NCBI GenBank assembly: GCA_964270895.1
Contig: OZ185437.1
Reading direction: 5' to 3' (one strand)
Source: Podarcis filfolensis
Taxonomy: Eukaryota
Length of the DNA stretch: 64,000 bases
The translations under genes were made by a program, and so were the position numbers. Positions 24,530 to 37,800 of this stretch are shown piece after piece; position 1 is the stretch's first letter, and every line of letters starts with the position of its first letter. The notes beneath the pieces are model-generated. The model was not told the DNA's origin, made no database searches, and saw only the letters and a program-made list of their open reading frames with translations.

Positions 24530-24933
24530 CTGATGAAAGAGAAAAATAGTACCAATTGGTCACTGACTGGATCTGAATTATATATAGGTAGCTATTCTGG
24601 ATTCAACAATCTAAAGCTCAGCAATGGGACACCTCTGGTCCATGGGTCAAATTAGTCCCAATGGGGTCCTAATTTGACACATGAGGCCATTTCCCCCAAA
24701 CCACATTGATCTGTCCCACACTTGACTCATATATGACATCAGAGGTGGGGCAGGTAAAGACACGGCTGCAAAGGAACATTTGGGAGCCTCTAAGGTGCTC
24801 TCCTGATTATTGCTTGCCATATGAGGCTGGGATTATTGTTTTCAGGGACTGCCTGCATTAAGGAGTTCCTCATTGGTAACTCCATAGTGCAGCTGGTCTT
24901 TGCCCAAAACAAGGGTTGCTGTAAGCGCTAAAT

Positions 24934-25069
24934 CAGGCATCCCCAACCTTTGGCCCTCCAGATGTTTTGCACTACAATTCCCATCATCCCTGACCACTGG
25001 TCCTGTTAGCTAGGGATCATGGGAGTTGTAGGCCAAAACATCTGGAGGGCTGCAGGTTGGGGATGCCTG
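24934..25069. mobile_element. Palindromic hAT MITE (~136 bp)
   Basis: Nearly fully self-complementary (caggcatccccaacct...aggttggggatgcctg). 8-bp TSD cgctaaat at 24926-24933 and 25070-25077. Confidence 0.9.
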
Positions 25070-25513
25070 CGCTAAATGGAACTTATAGCAAGCTCCACAG
25101 GGAAAGCCTTCCTTAGCCTACAGGGTTTGAAATGGGGAAATGGCTTCATCTAACACCATGATGACATAAAGTGATTGATGGCCAGTGTGACCATGAGGGT
25201 TGGTGTGGCAGATCCAGTTGCTCACCTCTACTATAGCTTAAACAGTCACCCCACCTTCTCTTGTTATTAAACACAGTAATCCTAGTTTCACTGCATTCGG
25301 AATGAAAGAGTTATATAGCTTCAACGGAATTACAATGTAAAGAACAAGCCAGAGAAGTGGACAAAACAGGCAGAAGGAAATTAGTGGAAAGCAATGTGTG
25401 ATAAGATTTTTTCATTTGTTACAGTCTTTGTTATAAAAATGTAATTTTTGTATGGACTATATCCAAAAGTATTTTGATCTAATGAGAAAGTAGATTAAAA
25501 GGAATAACATTAC

Positions 25514-25556
25514 CTTCAGCATTTTCTTCATCATCAAACAATTCATCTGAATTCAT
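25514..25556 (-). CDS. BEND3: BEND3 first coding exon (43 nt CDS; exon probably 25514-25566)
   Basis: Minus strand reads ttattgtag|AGTACGGAAT ATG AAT TCA GAT GAA TTG TTT GAT GAT GAA GAA AAT GCT GAA G|gtaatg = MNSDELFDDEENAE, compared with recalled human MNSTEFTEDVEE. Confidence 0.88.
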
Positions 25557-28500
25557 ATTCCGTACTCTACAATAATAGAGATAAAGAAACAAGTAAAAAG
25601 CCTATACAGCTTAGAAGAGGCATGTCATGTGTACTGTAAAGCCATCTGCCCAAATCCAGCTTTTTTGGTTTATATTCAGAATGCACTCAAAAATTTGGCA
25701 TACAAAAGCTGCCTCCATTTTTCTTGGTGTGAGGAACATTGCTGACTATTTATTTATAAAATTTATATGGCTCCCTTCATCATAGGGTCCTAAGGAAGTT
25801 TGCAACAATAAATAAATAAAGCAAAAAATAATAAAAATTTAAATTTACAAAATAGTAAATAGAACATCTATCAGTTTTGGCAAGCTAGTCTTTAAAAAAG
25901 CATAATGGGGAGAGAGGTTTAAATGCAATGTTGCACGCAGAGGTAGCTTCAGCTCTTGCTTCTTGATGAACAAGAGTCACCATTGCCAGCTATGGAATAA
26001 GGATTAGCACTGGGGTGTTTTTTTAAGAATGCAGGGAACCATTATGGAACTTCATCAAAGTCTGAATGAAGACAGAGGTTATAATAGAGTAAGGGATCAT
26101 AGATCAGCAAAAGAGATGTAGAACATGTTTACTTAACACAAAATCATAATGACATAGATATTTGTCATATACACAGTACTGAACCCAGCAGAACCTCTCC
26201 ATTTGAAGAAGGGGCTGGGATTCATGAGAGCTTCCATAAGCTAAAGTTGGGAGGGAGAGTGTAGAGAGGTGATTTACAACAATTCTCCCTTCTTCAGTAG
26301 ATTCCCAAAACTACCTCACATATGTGGTATCGCAAACTCGAGAGATTTTGTTGGGGTAGAGGCATGGAGATCAGAGATCTAAAAGTACCCTTTCTGTGAG
26401 CACAACCCAACTCAGGCAACTCTGGATACAGCCCATAGTATTTGCTGTGAGCTACTAATGATTTGTTCTAGAAACCAAAACATCGGTTGACTCAGACATA
26501 AGTATCAACCTTGCCATGCAAAACCAGTTATTTTTTTCTTTGAGCACCTAAGCCTGAAATCATTTTCCATTAAAAAAGTTGATTTCAGCATTTCACAGAA
26601 CAATCTTATGCATTTGGAAGTAAGTCTGTGTTCAAGAAGTCTTATGCTCAAGCCAGGTAGGTGTGTATAGGACTGAAACCCTAAAAATGATTGGTACAAA
26701 AAATGCTCATCTTAAGTTCATAAGCTTTCAGGACCAATAAATACTAACACACTGAAAATTACTTTACAGTTAAGTATGAAATGAAGCTTTAATTATAATG
26801 GCAATAACTTGACAAAGTTAGTAATTAAAGTAATTACTAATAATAATTATTCTTTATTAAGGCAATTTATGGCACACTTTTTAATTAAAAAATCAAATCA
26901 GAGTCATTAGATTGTTATTGGATTCTATGTTGGTTTCTAAAGTAGCTGTTCTCTTTGAAGAGCACACCAAATGGGTTAACACCAACAGCAGAAACTAACA
27001 GAACATCAAATAGCTGCTGGAGACCATTTAATGCAAGTGGTTTAAATTCCAACTCATTTTGAACAATTAGCTCTTCATTAGGGAAATGTCAGAAAAAGGA
27101 CTAGCTCATACCTATTTCAATTATTTATGTGACTAACTCTGAAAAGAATCACTAGCCTTCTAACCCCAACACTGTAGGCTCCTTTTAGAGCTACTCATTT
27201 AAACTGCAACAGATGCAAGTACCCTGATGAAGAGGTAATTGCAAGAAACACATTAGGATTAATGTCACTTTGATTAATACACTTGTCTCCTGAATTGTTT
27301 CTCTTTCTCAAAAGGTAGATCTTGAAATAAAAAATGTCTGCTCAACAGCCAACTGGCAATATCAGATTTTCCCTGTGACATCATAAACGCCTAACTGTGA
27401 GGCCTTCTCCTATTCATAAACATGAAGAGATAGTAACAGCATCTGTGTTGTGTTTGAAGTATTGTGTTATCTCCACAGTAAGGACCAGCAGGACATAACT
27501 GGCCATGTGGTACGCCTGAGGTGGTGTGGTGGTGGGTGGGTAGCAGCAAGGTCCATATTCTCCAATTTTGTGTTATGCCACACCCCACCAGCCATGTTAT
27601 ACCATGCTCCCATGGCATTACTGGTTCCCACAGCATAGTCTCAGTGCCCAGTGGTCCAAAAACCTAATCTACACTTTTTCTGCCAACAGAAACAGAGACG
27701 TTTTTATTTTTCTATTCACAGAAGTAACCCAATGGGAATGTGTGATGTTCATGTGAGCTCATATCTATGGCCAGTTTCTTTCTGCCCCCCCCTTAAGTTG
27801 GCTTTTTTGTGTTCCATCAGAACAGGTACAAGCGACAGTGAGATCCAGACTGTGGCCAGTCAACCCCATCCTGGATTCTTTTGTTATAGTCTGATTTAAA
27901 GTGGGAATGCAGACGAAATATGCAAGAAGTATGGTTTAGAACTGTGCTATATCCATGGTGCACTTGTGGCAGCTACTATCTACTTAGGTTATTACCCCAC
28001 TCATTTCTCTTACAATATTAGTAGGTGGCATAGAGAAGCTGCACCACTCACCTAACCTCCCTCTGGCTAAGTCACTGCTGCATACCAGGATGGAGAGAGG
28101 CATCAGCACAACAGCAGTGAGGTCATGCTGGTACAGATGTGTTGGCAGAACCATCTAGTGCTCCAGAATCTAGTGCTCCTGCTAACATGTTTTCACAACC
28201 TCACCACCTATCTGTTCCAGAGTGAGGCCAGGCCAGCATCATAGCCCCACTGCGATTATAAAGTTCACCACTGTCTTATAAAGTTAGGTGGCTTTCAGCT
28301 TGATCCTATTCATGGCTGCTCAGAAGGTTGCCCCACTGAATTCAATGGATCTCACGCCCCACATTAAGTTGAAATTCCCTCCATAGGGCCGTCTTGTTTA
28401 CACAGTAAAAGTATATGCAGTTGCCCATTAGTGTCTGGCCACTTAGAAGGGCAAATTCTACTACAGCAAACAGACAGGTCCAAAGCTATTACTGAGATTT

Positions 28501-29879
28501 ATTGAGAAATTCAATTCCTTGTTTTCTAACCTCCATATCACACTTAATAAATTGTGGCTGTAGCAGCAGATTTCTCAAGGTGGGGGTGTGCTTATTTCTA
28601 CATAGACAACCTTTACATATGTCCTTTTTTTTTTAACTGCAAGAACAATTCTGAGCTGGATATTTAAAGATCAACAAGATTATACAATGTATTTTTACCA
28701 TTTAAATACACATTCAATCTGAGTACCATGCTAGGAAACTAGACAAAAATATGAGATTTTGTAATCTATATTTTATTATCAGGATATATGAGACTCACAG
28801 TCAGTTTGGTGCCTCTACATCCAGTAAGAGTAATTGCACAAACCAACTTACCATTATAACCTAACTATGTGAGGTGTAGCTTTAAAATGGCCATGGATCC
28901 TTCCCTGACTTCTGGCTGCCAAAGACAACTGTCAGCACTGTCACATTGTTGCCTTACTGTAGGATTACAATGCAACAGTGACTGCCCAAATTATTTGTAA
29001 GAGTTTAGCTACTTTGCGGGAAAATGTTTTTCTTTTATTATGCAGCAAAATAAGAGCCAATGCGATCTAGCAGATAGTAAAATACTGATATAGGAAAGCA
29101 ATGAAGATACACCACTCCCATAAACTAATGTAGTTTTTGCAAATCACCATCTCCTAGCCTAGCTTTACATTATATATGGGAATTAGGTTGCCCTAACTTA
29201 CAGGGCAGTAGCATCTTTTGCTTTATAAATGATCACCAAATACTAAGTACATGAGCTCAACATTGTAAGGTGTGTGTTAATTTGAATTTACGATATGGTT
29301 GTAACAGCATCAAGACTGGCACCATCAGATAGTTGCTGGTGGGTGAGCCCAACAGGATTGACCAGGTACTGTAGTGGCAACTGATATTCAACCAAATCCT
29401 CTCTGTTGTGCTGCCCAGAAGATGAAAGCAAAAAGGCAGAGATGGCAACTACTACTACAAGCAGCAACCACTCCAACTTTGTTTCCCTGCATGTTCTCTT
29501 TCTCTGAGCAGCATGGTGATGTCCAATCCACACAGCAGTGCTCCAAAGAGCCCTGTCTCTACCTGTGACACTGCCTGGCCAGCCTATAGCTGTAAGCCAC
29601 TTCCCTGTAAACACTTTCTCTCTGGGCAGCATCACCCAAATACGGCCGTTTCCTACTATGGCTCCACCTAGAGAGAACAAGTATGTGGCTGGCAAGCGGA
29701 GGTTGCTCCCAAGCAGGAGGACGGGACTGTTGCTGGGTGCCTTCCTCTCCAAACTCCAGAACTTTTCCCCAAGAGCAGGATGAGTATTCTTTTTTTTGCA
29801 AGAAGAACTTTTGTATTTGGATGTTGCCTAGAGAAGAGAAAGTGCCGCCTGGAGGAAGAGAACTACGAGCCCCTCCCTA

Positions 29880-31620
29880 ACAACCCAGGGCGGCAGCAGG
29901 AGGAAGGTGTTGCCATTCCTGCAGTCATGCAGAAGCCATGCCTGGAAACTGGCCAATAAGACCAGGATCGCACCAGGCGCGCGGGAACTCGCAACTCCCC
30001 CTCCCGGCTTTGAAACGCGCGAGGCAGCGCTCGCGAGTCGCGGGGTCACGTGGGCACCCCCTTCCCCAGATCGAATGGAATAAGGCGGCGACGGCGGCGG
30101 GGGGGGGGGGGTCCCGGGAGAGGACGCTTCATTCATCACCCCCGCCTCCCTTTGCCTCGCCAGCCTTAGCACGAAGCGGAGCGGAGCCCAAATTCCACTG
30201 AGGGAAGGGCCGGCAGCGGCGGGCGCTGGGAGGATAGGCCTCGCGGCTGGTCGCGAAAGCGGGTTCCGTTGCCGAGCAGGGAGCCAGGTTTCCAGGCAAC
30301 AGGAGCCGGCGGTGCGTGTGCGCGCCTCGAGAAGCAGCTGGGGAAAGGGGAGAGCCGGCTGGCCAGGCTGCCCGCTCACCGAAGCGCTTCTTGGGCCAGC
30401 CCTCTTTTTGGTAGCGTGCCCCGCGGCTCGCGACGGCAGCTTCCGGAATACTTCCCACCCACCCCCCACCCCGTCCCCGCGCCCTCGCCGCCGCCGTTCT
30501 CGAGAGCTGGTCTATGTGGCAGCTGGAAACGGGGGGCACAATATAACATCCAGCTCCCCCCTCCCCCGCTGGAGATGGAGGCGCCCGCGCTGCCTGGCCG
30601 TTCTCCCGCGCGAGGAACACAGCCATAGTTCTCCCCGAGGGGGAGGGGGCCGGGGAGGCTGAGGGAGGACCGTGTTCCTCCTGCCGAGGCCGAAAGTAGA
30701 ACTGTGGGGAGGGAGTTGGCCAACACACGCACACACCTACCTTGGGGAGGGGGGATTGGGGGGGGTAAGCTGGTTTTCCTATCTAGAGAAAGTTGGGAAG
30801 GGGCTTACCTGGGTCCTTCTTAGGCACTGTGGGCAAAAGAGGGTGAGGGCCCCCCTTGGTCTTGGGTGGGTGTTTTATAAGCGCGGCCGTGGCTGGCTCC
30901 CGTGTCTTCCCCTCCCACTTAGCTCTTTGTGTATGTGCGTGTGTGTCCGTGTGCGCGAGAGAGAGGGGGTCCGCGCGCTGCGCTCTCGCGTGACGTGACG
31001 GGACCGTGTGTCATTTCCGCACAAGGACACTGAGCCCCGAGGAGCTGCTGCGGCCACCCGGGACAGAGAATGTGCATACGGGTGGGGGCGGGGAGGAAGA
31101 GGAGGTGGGGGAAGGCGGACTGATTAAGTCGGGGCACCACAGCTCGCGCGCGAGGCAGAGAAGGCGGCGGCCCTCTCCGTTCCACACGCGTATTACGCAT
31201 ACCCCTCCCCCCCGCGCGCTTCTGAGCCCCGCCCCCTTTCCCCCGTGGCTGTGCCTGGTGGAAGGAGCCGTTAGTTGCTGTCGGGTCACGCTCGCGCTCC
31301 TTCTCTTTGCCCTCCAGCCCGATAGTTTATACGCTAACGGCCACTCCACAAAAAGCAACGGTTAATAAAACACCCACATTGCCCTCGTGAGGTTTGCCGG
31401 GCGCTACCGAAGGTGGAATTTCCGGGCTGCGAGAGGCGGAGAGGCATCTGAATTAATTGTTCAATTTATTTGTCGCCTAATACAGGACCATTCTGGGCGA
31501 CTTATATAGATAATAAACGTATATATTATATATGGCCCTCTAGTTGGTCATGGAACGAACCAGGGGCGGCGAACCTGGAATTAACAGGCCCAGCACCTGC
31601 TGCCGCCGCCGCTGCAAGAT
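29880..31620 (-). promoter_or_regulatory. CpG island; probable BEND3 promoter and 5' UTR exon(s)
   Basis: ~1.7 kb CpG-rich block 4.3 kb upstream of the BEND3 ATG exon. CCAAT at 29953-29957, E-box GTCACGTG at 30045-30052, minus-strand donors after 30809 (AG|GTAAGC) and 30741 (AAG|GTAGGT). Confidence 0.8.
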
Positions 31621-31651
31621 GTACATGTTGAACCGATGGGGAAAACCCATA

Positions 31652-31893
31652 CAGTGGTACCTCAGGTTACATACGCTTCAGGTTACATACGCTTCAGGTT
31701 ACAGTCTCCACTAACCCACAAATAGTGCTTCAGGTTAAGAACTTTGCTTCAGGATGAGAACAGAAATCGGGCTCCAGTGGCGCGGCGGCAGCAGGAGACC
31801 CCATTAGCTAAAGTGGTGCTTCAGGTTAAGAACAGTTTCAGGTTAAGTACGGACCTCCGGAACAAATTAAGTACTTAACCTGAGGTACCACTG
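31652..31893 (+). mobile_element. Tc1/mariner MITE, copy 2
   Basis: Same TIRs and body as 11022-11246, TA TSD, and an extra tandem cttcaggttacatacg unit. Confidence 0.85.
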
Positions 31894-34800
31894 TACTTAA
31901 CTAGACAACTTGCAAAACAAAACAAAACAAAAACCCTCCATCGCAGTCACCTTTGACTTTGAAAGGTTCTCAAAAGTGATTGGAGAAATGCATGTTGAGG
32001 GACAGAGAAGGAGAATTCTTTCTAGAATGCCTGGGGGCTGTCTTTGGGGTCTCAAATTTCAGCAGCACCCTGCCTCTCAACTTCCATTCTTTATCACAGT
32101 TGCAGTGCCCCCAAGGTCCACTGTGACCTAACCAGTTGCGCTTCCCTACATCCGCTTCTGGGGCTGTTCAAAATCGCAATAATAGTATCTTGGTTAAAAT
32201 GTAGACCACAGATCAGGAATAGTATTGCTTAGGACTAAGGGGATGCCGGCATGCTTCATGAGCATTTTAACTAAGAGAAGATTCACTGAAATTAATGAAG
32301 TTAACTTAGTGATGTTCATTAATTTCAGGGGGTCTATTCCAAGTAACTTCGTTGAATATCGCCCAAGCTTTTCTTTCAAAAACAGACATATTATCCAAAA
32401 GTAAACAGAAGAAACACAATTTCTGACAAATACAAGCAGACAATAAGGCGTGGGGGTGGGGGAAAGAGAATTTGAGGAGCACATTGATAAAAACAGAAAA
32501 AACACCAGCACAATTATTATTTTTATATACATTAGAAGCAGACCAGCCCACTGGTTGTTTGGACATTTGTACAAGGAAGCCAGAGGTTTGGCGAATAAGT
32601 GAAAGGAGATTGTGGTGAAGCTGAATGTATTTGCGGTGAAACTGAATGTATCTATTTTCACAATAGAAGATGTAGGGCCGGTCCTTGTGCCTGAACTTTC
32701 ACAGGAAAGGAATCGGGGGACTTAAATGGTTTTAGAAGCAACTGTGCTATACTTTGAGCAAACTCTGCTACTAGTGTATCCATGGGTTTTGATAAAAGTG
32801 CAGAAAGTTATTCCTAGCACATTCACATTAGTTTGGACTAACATATGGAAGAAAAATCTAACATCTCTCATATGCATATGATGGCTTAATAGTCAAATTG
32901 GCTGAATATGACCAGGCAAACTGGTTTGCATATGTTTGGAAAACATCGAACAGCAAGCACTTTTATGATCACAACGTAAACTTGGGTAAGTCTTGATCTG
33001 ATTTTGCCTTAAAGTACTAATATCCCAATTGGCAGAAATTATTGGCAGAATTCCAACAGCTGTTGCAGTTTCTTTCACCCCTGTGTAACAAACTACCAGC
33101 AGGAACGCCGCCTTCCACATGAGAGCTATTCAAGGTAAAGGAATCCCACCTGCCTTTGCACCGTTAATCATATATGTAATTAAAGCGTTACATGATTTGG
33201 TACTTAGTTCTGCAGTCTTATTTGCTTACCTGAAATGCTTTATATTATGTTTAGTAAAAGCACATTTTTCAAGTAAAGAAAAGCAAAAGTGTGCAAACCA
33301 GACTCTGCTTCAGAAATGAGAAAACATTTGCCAATTTGAACTCCACCTCATTTCTTACTCTAGAGTGTTGGCCTCAGGCACTGTTCCCATTAGGGGACCC
33401 AAGCCCAGAAGGGACCCTGCAGGCCTCAGCTACCCATCCTGGAATGTGAGTATACTGTTCCTCTACCAATTCTGATTGAAAAAGGAATAAAAAGCACTGC
33501 AATTTCAAATAGACTATGCATAGTAAGTTTTGCACACTTGTTCATATACAAAACAAAAACATTTGTGTGTGCTTTGCAGTGTTTTCAGTTTCCATTTTGC
33601 CTTTGATTCAGAAGTTACTATTTTATGCTTTTAAGAAACACCTCCCACTTAATTGGGGGGTGTCTGCTTTTCTTCTAGTTGTAATTAAAATTCACAGAGG
33701 GAAATGCAAGATTTATGATCTGGAACAAGCATTGGTCCCAAGGACCTTTAGAAGTAGCAGTTTATTTAATTTGAAAACCTGAGACTGATACCAATGCAAT
33801 CAATAAAATGCAGTCTGCACAGATTTAATAATGTTATTGCAGTAAATACATGCAAAACTACCCCATAAGATTAATACTTATATTTCCATTTCCCCTTCAT
33901 TTAATGTGGGATTGAGCAGCATATTCTTGCTAGGCTTATAGCCTGGAAATTGGTGCATAAATGTCAGAATGATTGTGATTTGGTACTGTGACAACAGATC
34001 GTCTTTCACATACCCTCATTTGCCTCTATCATAAGAGGCTAGTCATTAGGTCAAGGTGGGGCTGAGCCCTACCAGTATTTTTTCTGCAGGCCAGAATCCA
34101 AAGCTGTAGCCCAGCAATCCTGCATCACCAGCAGGCAGATTCCTAAATTTACTGTAATTCAGGAGTCTATTCTGTTAAATCTTTTCTGCCAGTCAATCAC
34201 TGCTGTGGCCAACAAGTTCTACCCTTCACCTTTGTCTCCAGGAGTAAAAGAAAAAAACAAAACTCCCCTGGTTTGTCAGATCCAAATACATCATCCTTTA
34301 AATCTCCCTACACATACCAGGATATTCTTATTTTATCCAGCCCCCTTTATTCTAGTTCCTACAGCTGTAGCCTGTTCAGAGATCCAGTTAACCTGACCCT
34401 TATCCAGGACACTCAATTCTATTTCCTATTCCTGCTTTTTAATTCCCTAAAGGTTGTTGCTGTTTTTTAAAAAATGTGGTGCTTCTGCAAATCTTGGTAT
34501 TTCTGTAAGCCTGCTGATACTGCATGTATATGGTGTTGTTTTGGCTACTAAAGTATTCACAGATAACTGAGTTCACAATTACTTCATATGAGATTATTGT
34601 GTTTCTCATCTATTCATGCCTGATGTGCAAGTGCAGGTTGGGCAGCTGATCTTACATAATCATATACTTGTTGATCCACCATTTCAGGCAGAGATGCTGA
34701 AACATCAGGCATAAACATTTAGGATTGGGATGCTAATGCAACAAGTTTAAACTGTATTCTGAAAGCGCTGGTGAACACAGCCTATATATTTCTGTCATCT

Positions 34801-37800
34801 ATGAATAAACTGCTTTATTAGCTAAAACGTGGAGAGTAGATTTGCCAAGACAAAACCACATTTCGGTAACATCCTTTGTTTCAAGCACTTTGTTATGCTG
34901 CTGTAGATCATAATGATGCAAACAACAAAGTAATTGTACAAAATTATTGCCGCTGATTTACATATGAAATGCACACCTTCCACTGCTGCATGCCAGCATT
35001 GTTGAACTAGGTTATAAATAGTGGATGTGGAAGTGTGTGTATGTGGGGAGAGAAAATGGTCTCTGATGAGCAAAAGCGAGGAATGAAGAGTTTTTCAAAC
35101 CATGTTGAAGTTGGGAGATTTTCACTGAAATCATAGTTCATTTTGCATTCATTTTGTAAAAGGAGAGCTGTACAGAAACTCCCACAAGTAAATTTCTCTG
35201 TTTCTCAAAATAAAAAACAACGGAATCCTGGAGCTAGGTGAAAAGTAGAGGTCATTCAGTTTATTGGGGTTTTTGTTAATTGTAGTGCGAAGGAGTCTGT
35301 TCTGTCAGCACAAGAATATCTGCTTTCCTGAGCAATCTCCCCTCCCCCCCCAATGCTGTTCTGGGGGTTCCCCAGACCCTCCAGAGCAGATTTGGGGAGT
35401 GCACTGGAGGAGAGGCAAAAAGTCCCAACTTGTGCTGGCTTCCGCTTAGTGGGTCAGAAGCCGCTACTGGGCCACAACCTGATTTAAGTGGTCACAACAG
35501 AAGCATTACAAACATACAAATATATTGTTTTAAAAAAGAAGTGCTCCTCAGAGACTTGTTTGTGCTAAAGGTGAGTCGCAGGTCTGAAAAGGTTGAAAAC
35601 CGCTGGTCTAACTTTGTACTAAAATCCACACCACAAAATTTCAAATAATTTAGATTAGAGGTAGGCAACTTGTCATTTAATACAGGCAGCAAGGAGATAG
35701 AACAGAGAAAGAGAAAGAGAACAACTTGTATATAAAAAGGTAATTCAGTGAGCCTAACATTGCAAATTTAAGTTAAAAGAGAACCCTGGGTTTAGATAGG
35801 TTGAAGTCCATTAAGAAAACCAGTAGTTTTCAAGCTTTCTGCCCAGAGTGAATCTCTTCTTGTCTACTTGCCTTCCAAGGACTGTCCTACATATTTGCCA
35901 TGAAATCTTTGTGCATTTATTGCATTAACATTCTGTTGTCTTCTCTAGTGCACACGAACACTCATTGATCAGTTGCCAGGTTTTGTGCTACTGCAGGAAC
36001 TGTAGGCATGTTTTAGGGGGCATTCAGTGTTCTCCTCCAGTCATGCTTAGTAGTGCAGTATCACTAAAAAGTGGGTGAAATTCAGAAAGGTGTGTCCACT
36101 GAGGAACCACTAATACATTTTCTAGATACACCCTACAAAATTCCCTATAAAAGTGGTAAACACATGACCTATAACATTGCCTTTTGTTTTTTTAAAACAA
36201 TAGGTAGCTGGTAGCAAATGCAACTGACAAGCCAGTAGTAGCTTTGGGGGAGTAATGAGGCAGCATTGACAGCTCTCTTGGCCCAAGCTCAGTTTGGGTG
36301 TACATAAATGAAAGTGCTAGGCAAATGATAGGGAACTGTTAGGTGACTAGCAAATAAGCAAGGAGAGCACTGGTTTCTCCATATTAAGGATGTAAAGGAT
36401 TACTTTAGCATCTTTGGGTCTGACTTACATTTTTCTATTCCACATTTTTGGTTAGGCAAATAACTTTCCTATCATCAAGCTAATACTGCACTGCAAAAAT
36501 GTTTTCTTAACACCGTTATGTTTTTAATAATATTGTTGCCAAAAGGTTGTTAGGAAATAAAATATTCGTTTGAAAAACAATAGAGCCTCTAAATTTACCT
36601 TCACTAACCTGATGTCCTCCCAATGTTTTAGGCTGCAACTCCCATCAGGACGCCACCACACTGCTGTAAGTTTAAAGCACCTGGAGAGCACCAGGTTGGT
36701 AAAGGCTGCCCTAAACTGTATTAAGAAAATCTTTTTAAAAAAAAGTTGAAAGGTGTTCACAGAATATTTAATCAAAGGCCAACCATTCTATCATGCACAC
36801 TTTAAATGATAATGTGTTTTTACCATTTGTCACTTAACTTTTATACCTTTTGATTTAAAAGAAAATATTAGAAGTTTAAAACATGTATTCATTTTATTTT
36901 ATGGATGAGAGGAATCAACTCTCTTCCATCACAGGCATTTTTTAAAGACACTGATTCAATCCATTATTAAATGGAGGATTCAGAGCTTCATAGAAGTGTA
37001 AGAATCTCTTACACATGGGGGAGCCAAAGTACTCTTCTGACTAATGAAAAGGGTTACAGTGATTTTAGACAGTAGTTGAGCAAGAACTTAAGATAATTTG
37101 AAGGGAAAAGGTACTATAAAACCTGGGTATGCTATGAGCAACACTAACTTTTCAAAAAACTGAAGGAGGTGGGTCTAATTCGGCTGGTTTGTAAAACTTA
37201 CTTCTTCATTTAGATGGCAGGTATTTTTATGCTTCATTAACAGCGCTAGGTTTGACCACAAAGTCAACTACTATACAAACACACCTACAGAAAAAAAAAT
37301 TGAATTGAGGAAGATGTTATGGACAATACATGGAGATTTTCAGTAGAATAAAATGTCTGCAGATATTTTTTTAATAATGAAAGATTTTTGGACTACCTGT
37401 GTCATCCTTCTTTCTGCTTAGAGGTACTGTACATTATTGTTGATATCCTTGAGAATCAGCAAAAAATCTTCATACATGTGATGTGTTACTATTGGAGTCA
37501 TAAAGTCCTTGTGCCTATCTACTCTTCTCTGTGCAATAAGACACCAGGATCCTCTCCATTTATCAGTGGTAACAGAGGATGTGAAGTCTACAGTGCCCTA
37601 TATAAGATAAGATGGTAGAAGTTATGTCTGTGAGGGAAACAAGCTCTCACAGAAGTTGAAAACACTGACATATTACAAATGCTGGAATCAATAGTTTGAA
37701 GGTTTGTGGCAGTTGTTCTCACTCACCAACACATTCTTAGATTGGAGAAAGTCGCTTTGCAGTGGTAACCAGGGCTTTTCTTCAGAAGGAACTCATCAGA

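Noticed and set aside
29288-29752. 154-aa minus-strand ORF with a hydrophobic stretch (WLLLVVVVAISAFLL)
   Set aside because: TTG start, the hydrophobic run comes from a short (CTA)n repeat, and I recognise no homologue.
29828-31365. Numerous Pro/Ala/Gly/Arg-rich ORFs on both strands
   Set aside because: Typical CpG-island artefacts.
12695-31550. Weaker CTCF-like matches at ~12695-12712, ~29842-29856 and ~31533-31550
   Set aside because: Each has mismatches in the core, so they cannot be supported without a PWM score or ChIP.
32194-32661. 155-aa hydrophobic minus-strand ORF with a duplicated TFSFT motif
   Set aside because: AT-rich low-complexity sequence with a 21-bp tandem duplication at ~32611-32652; no domain.
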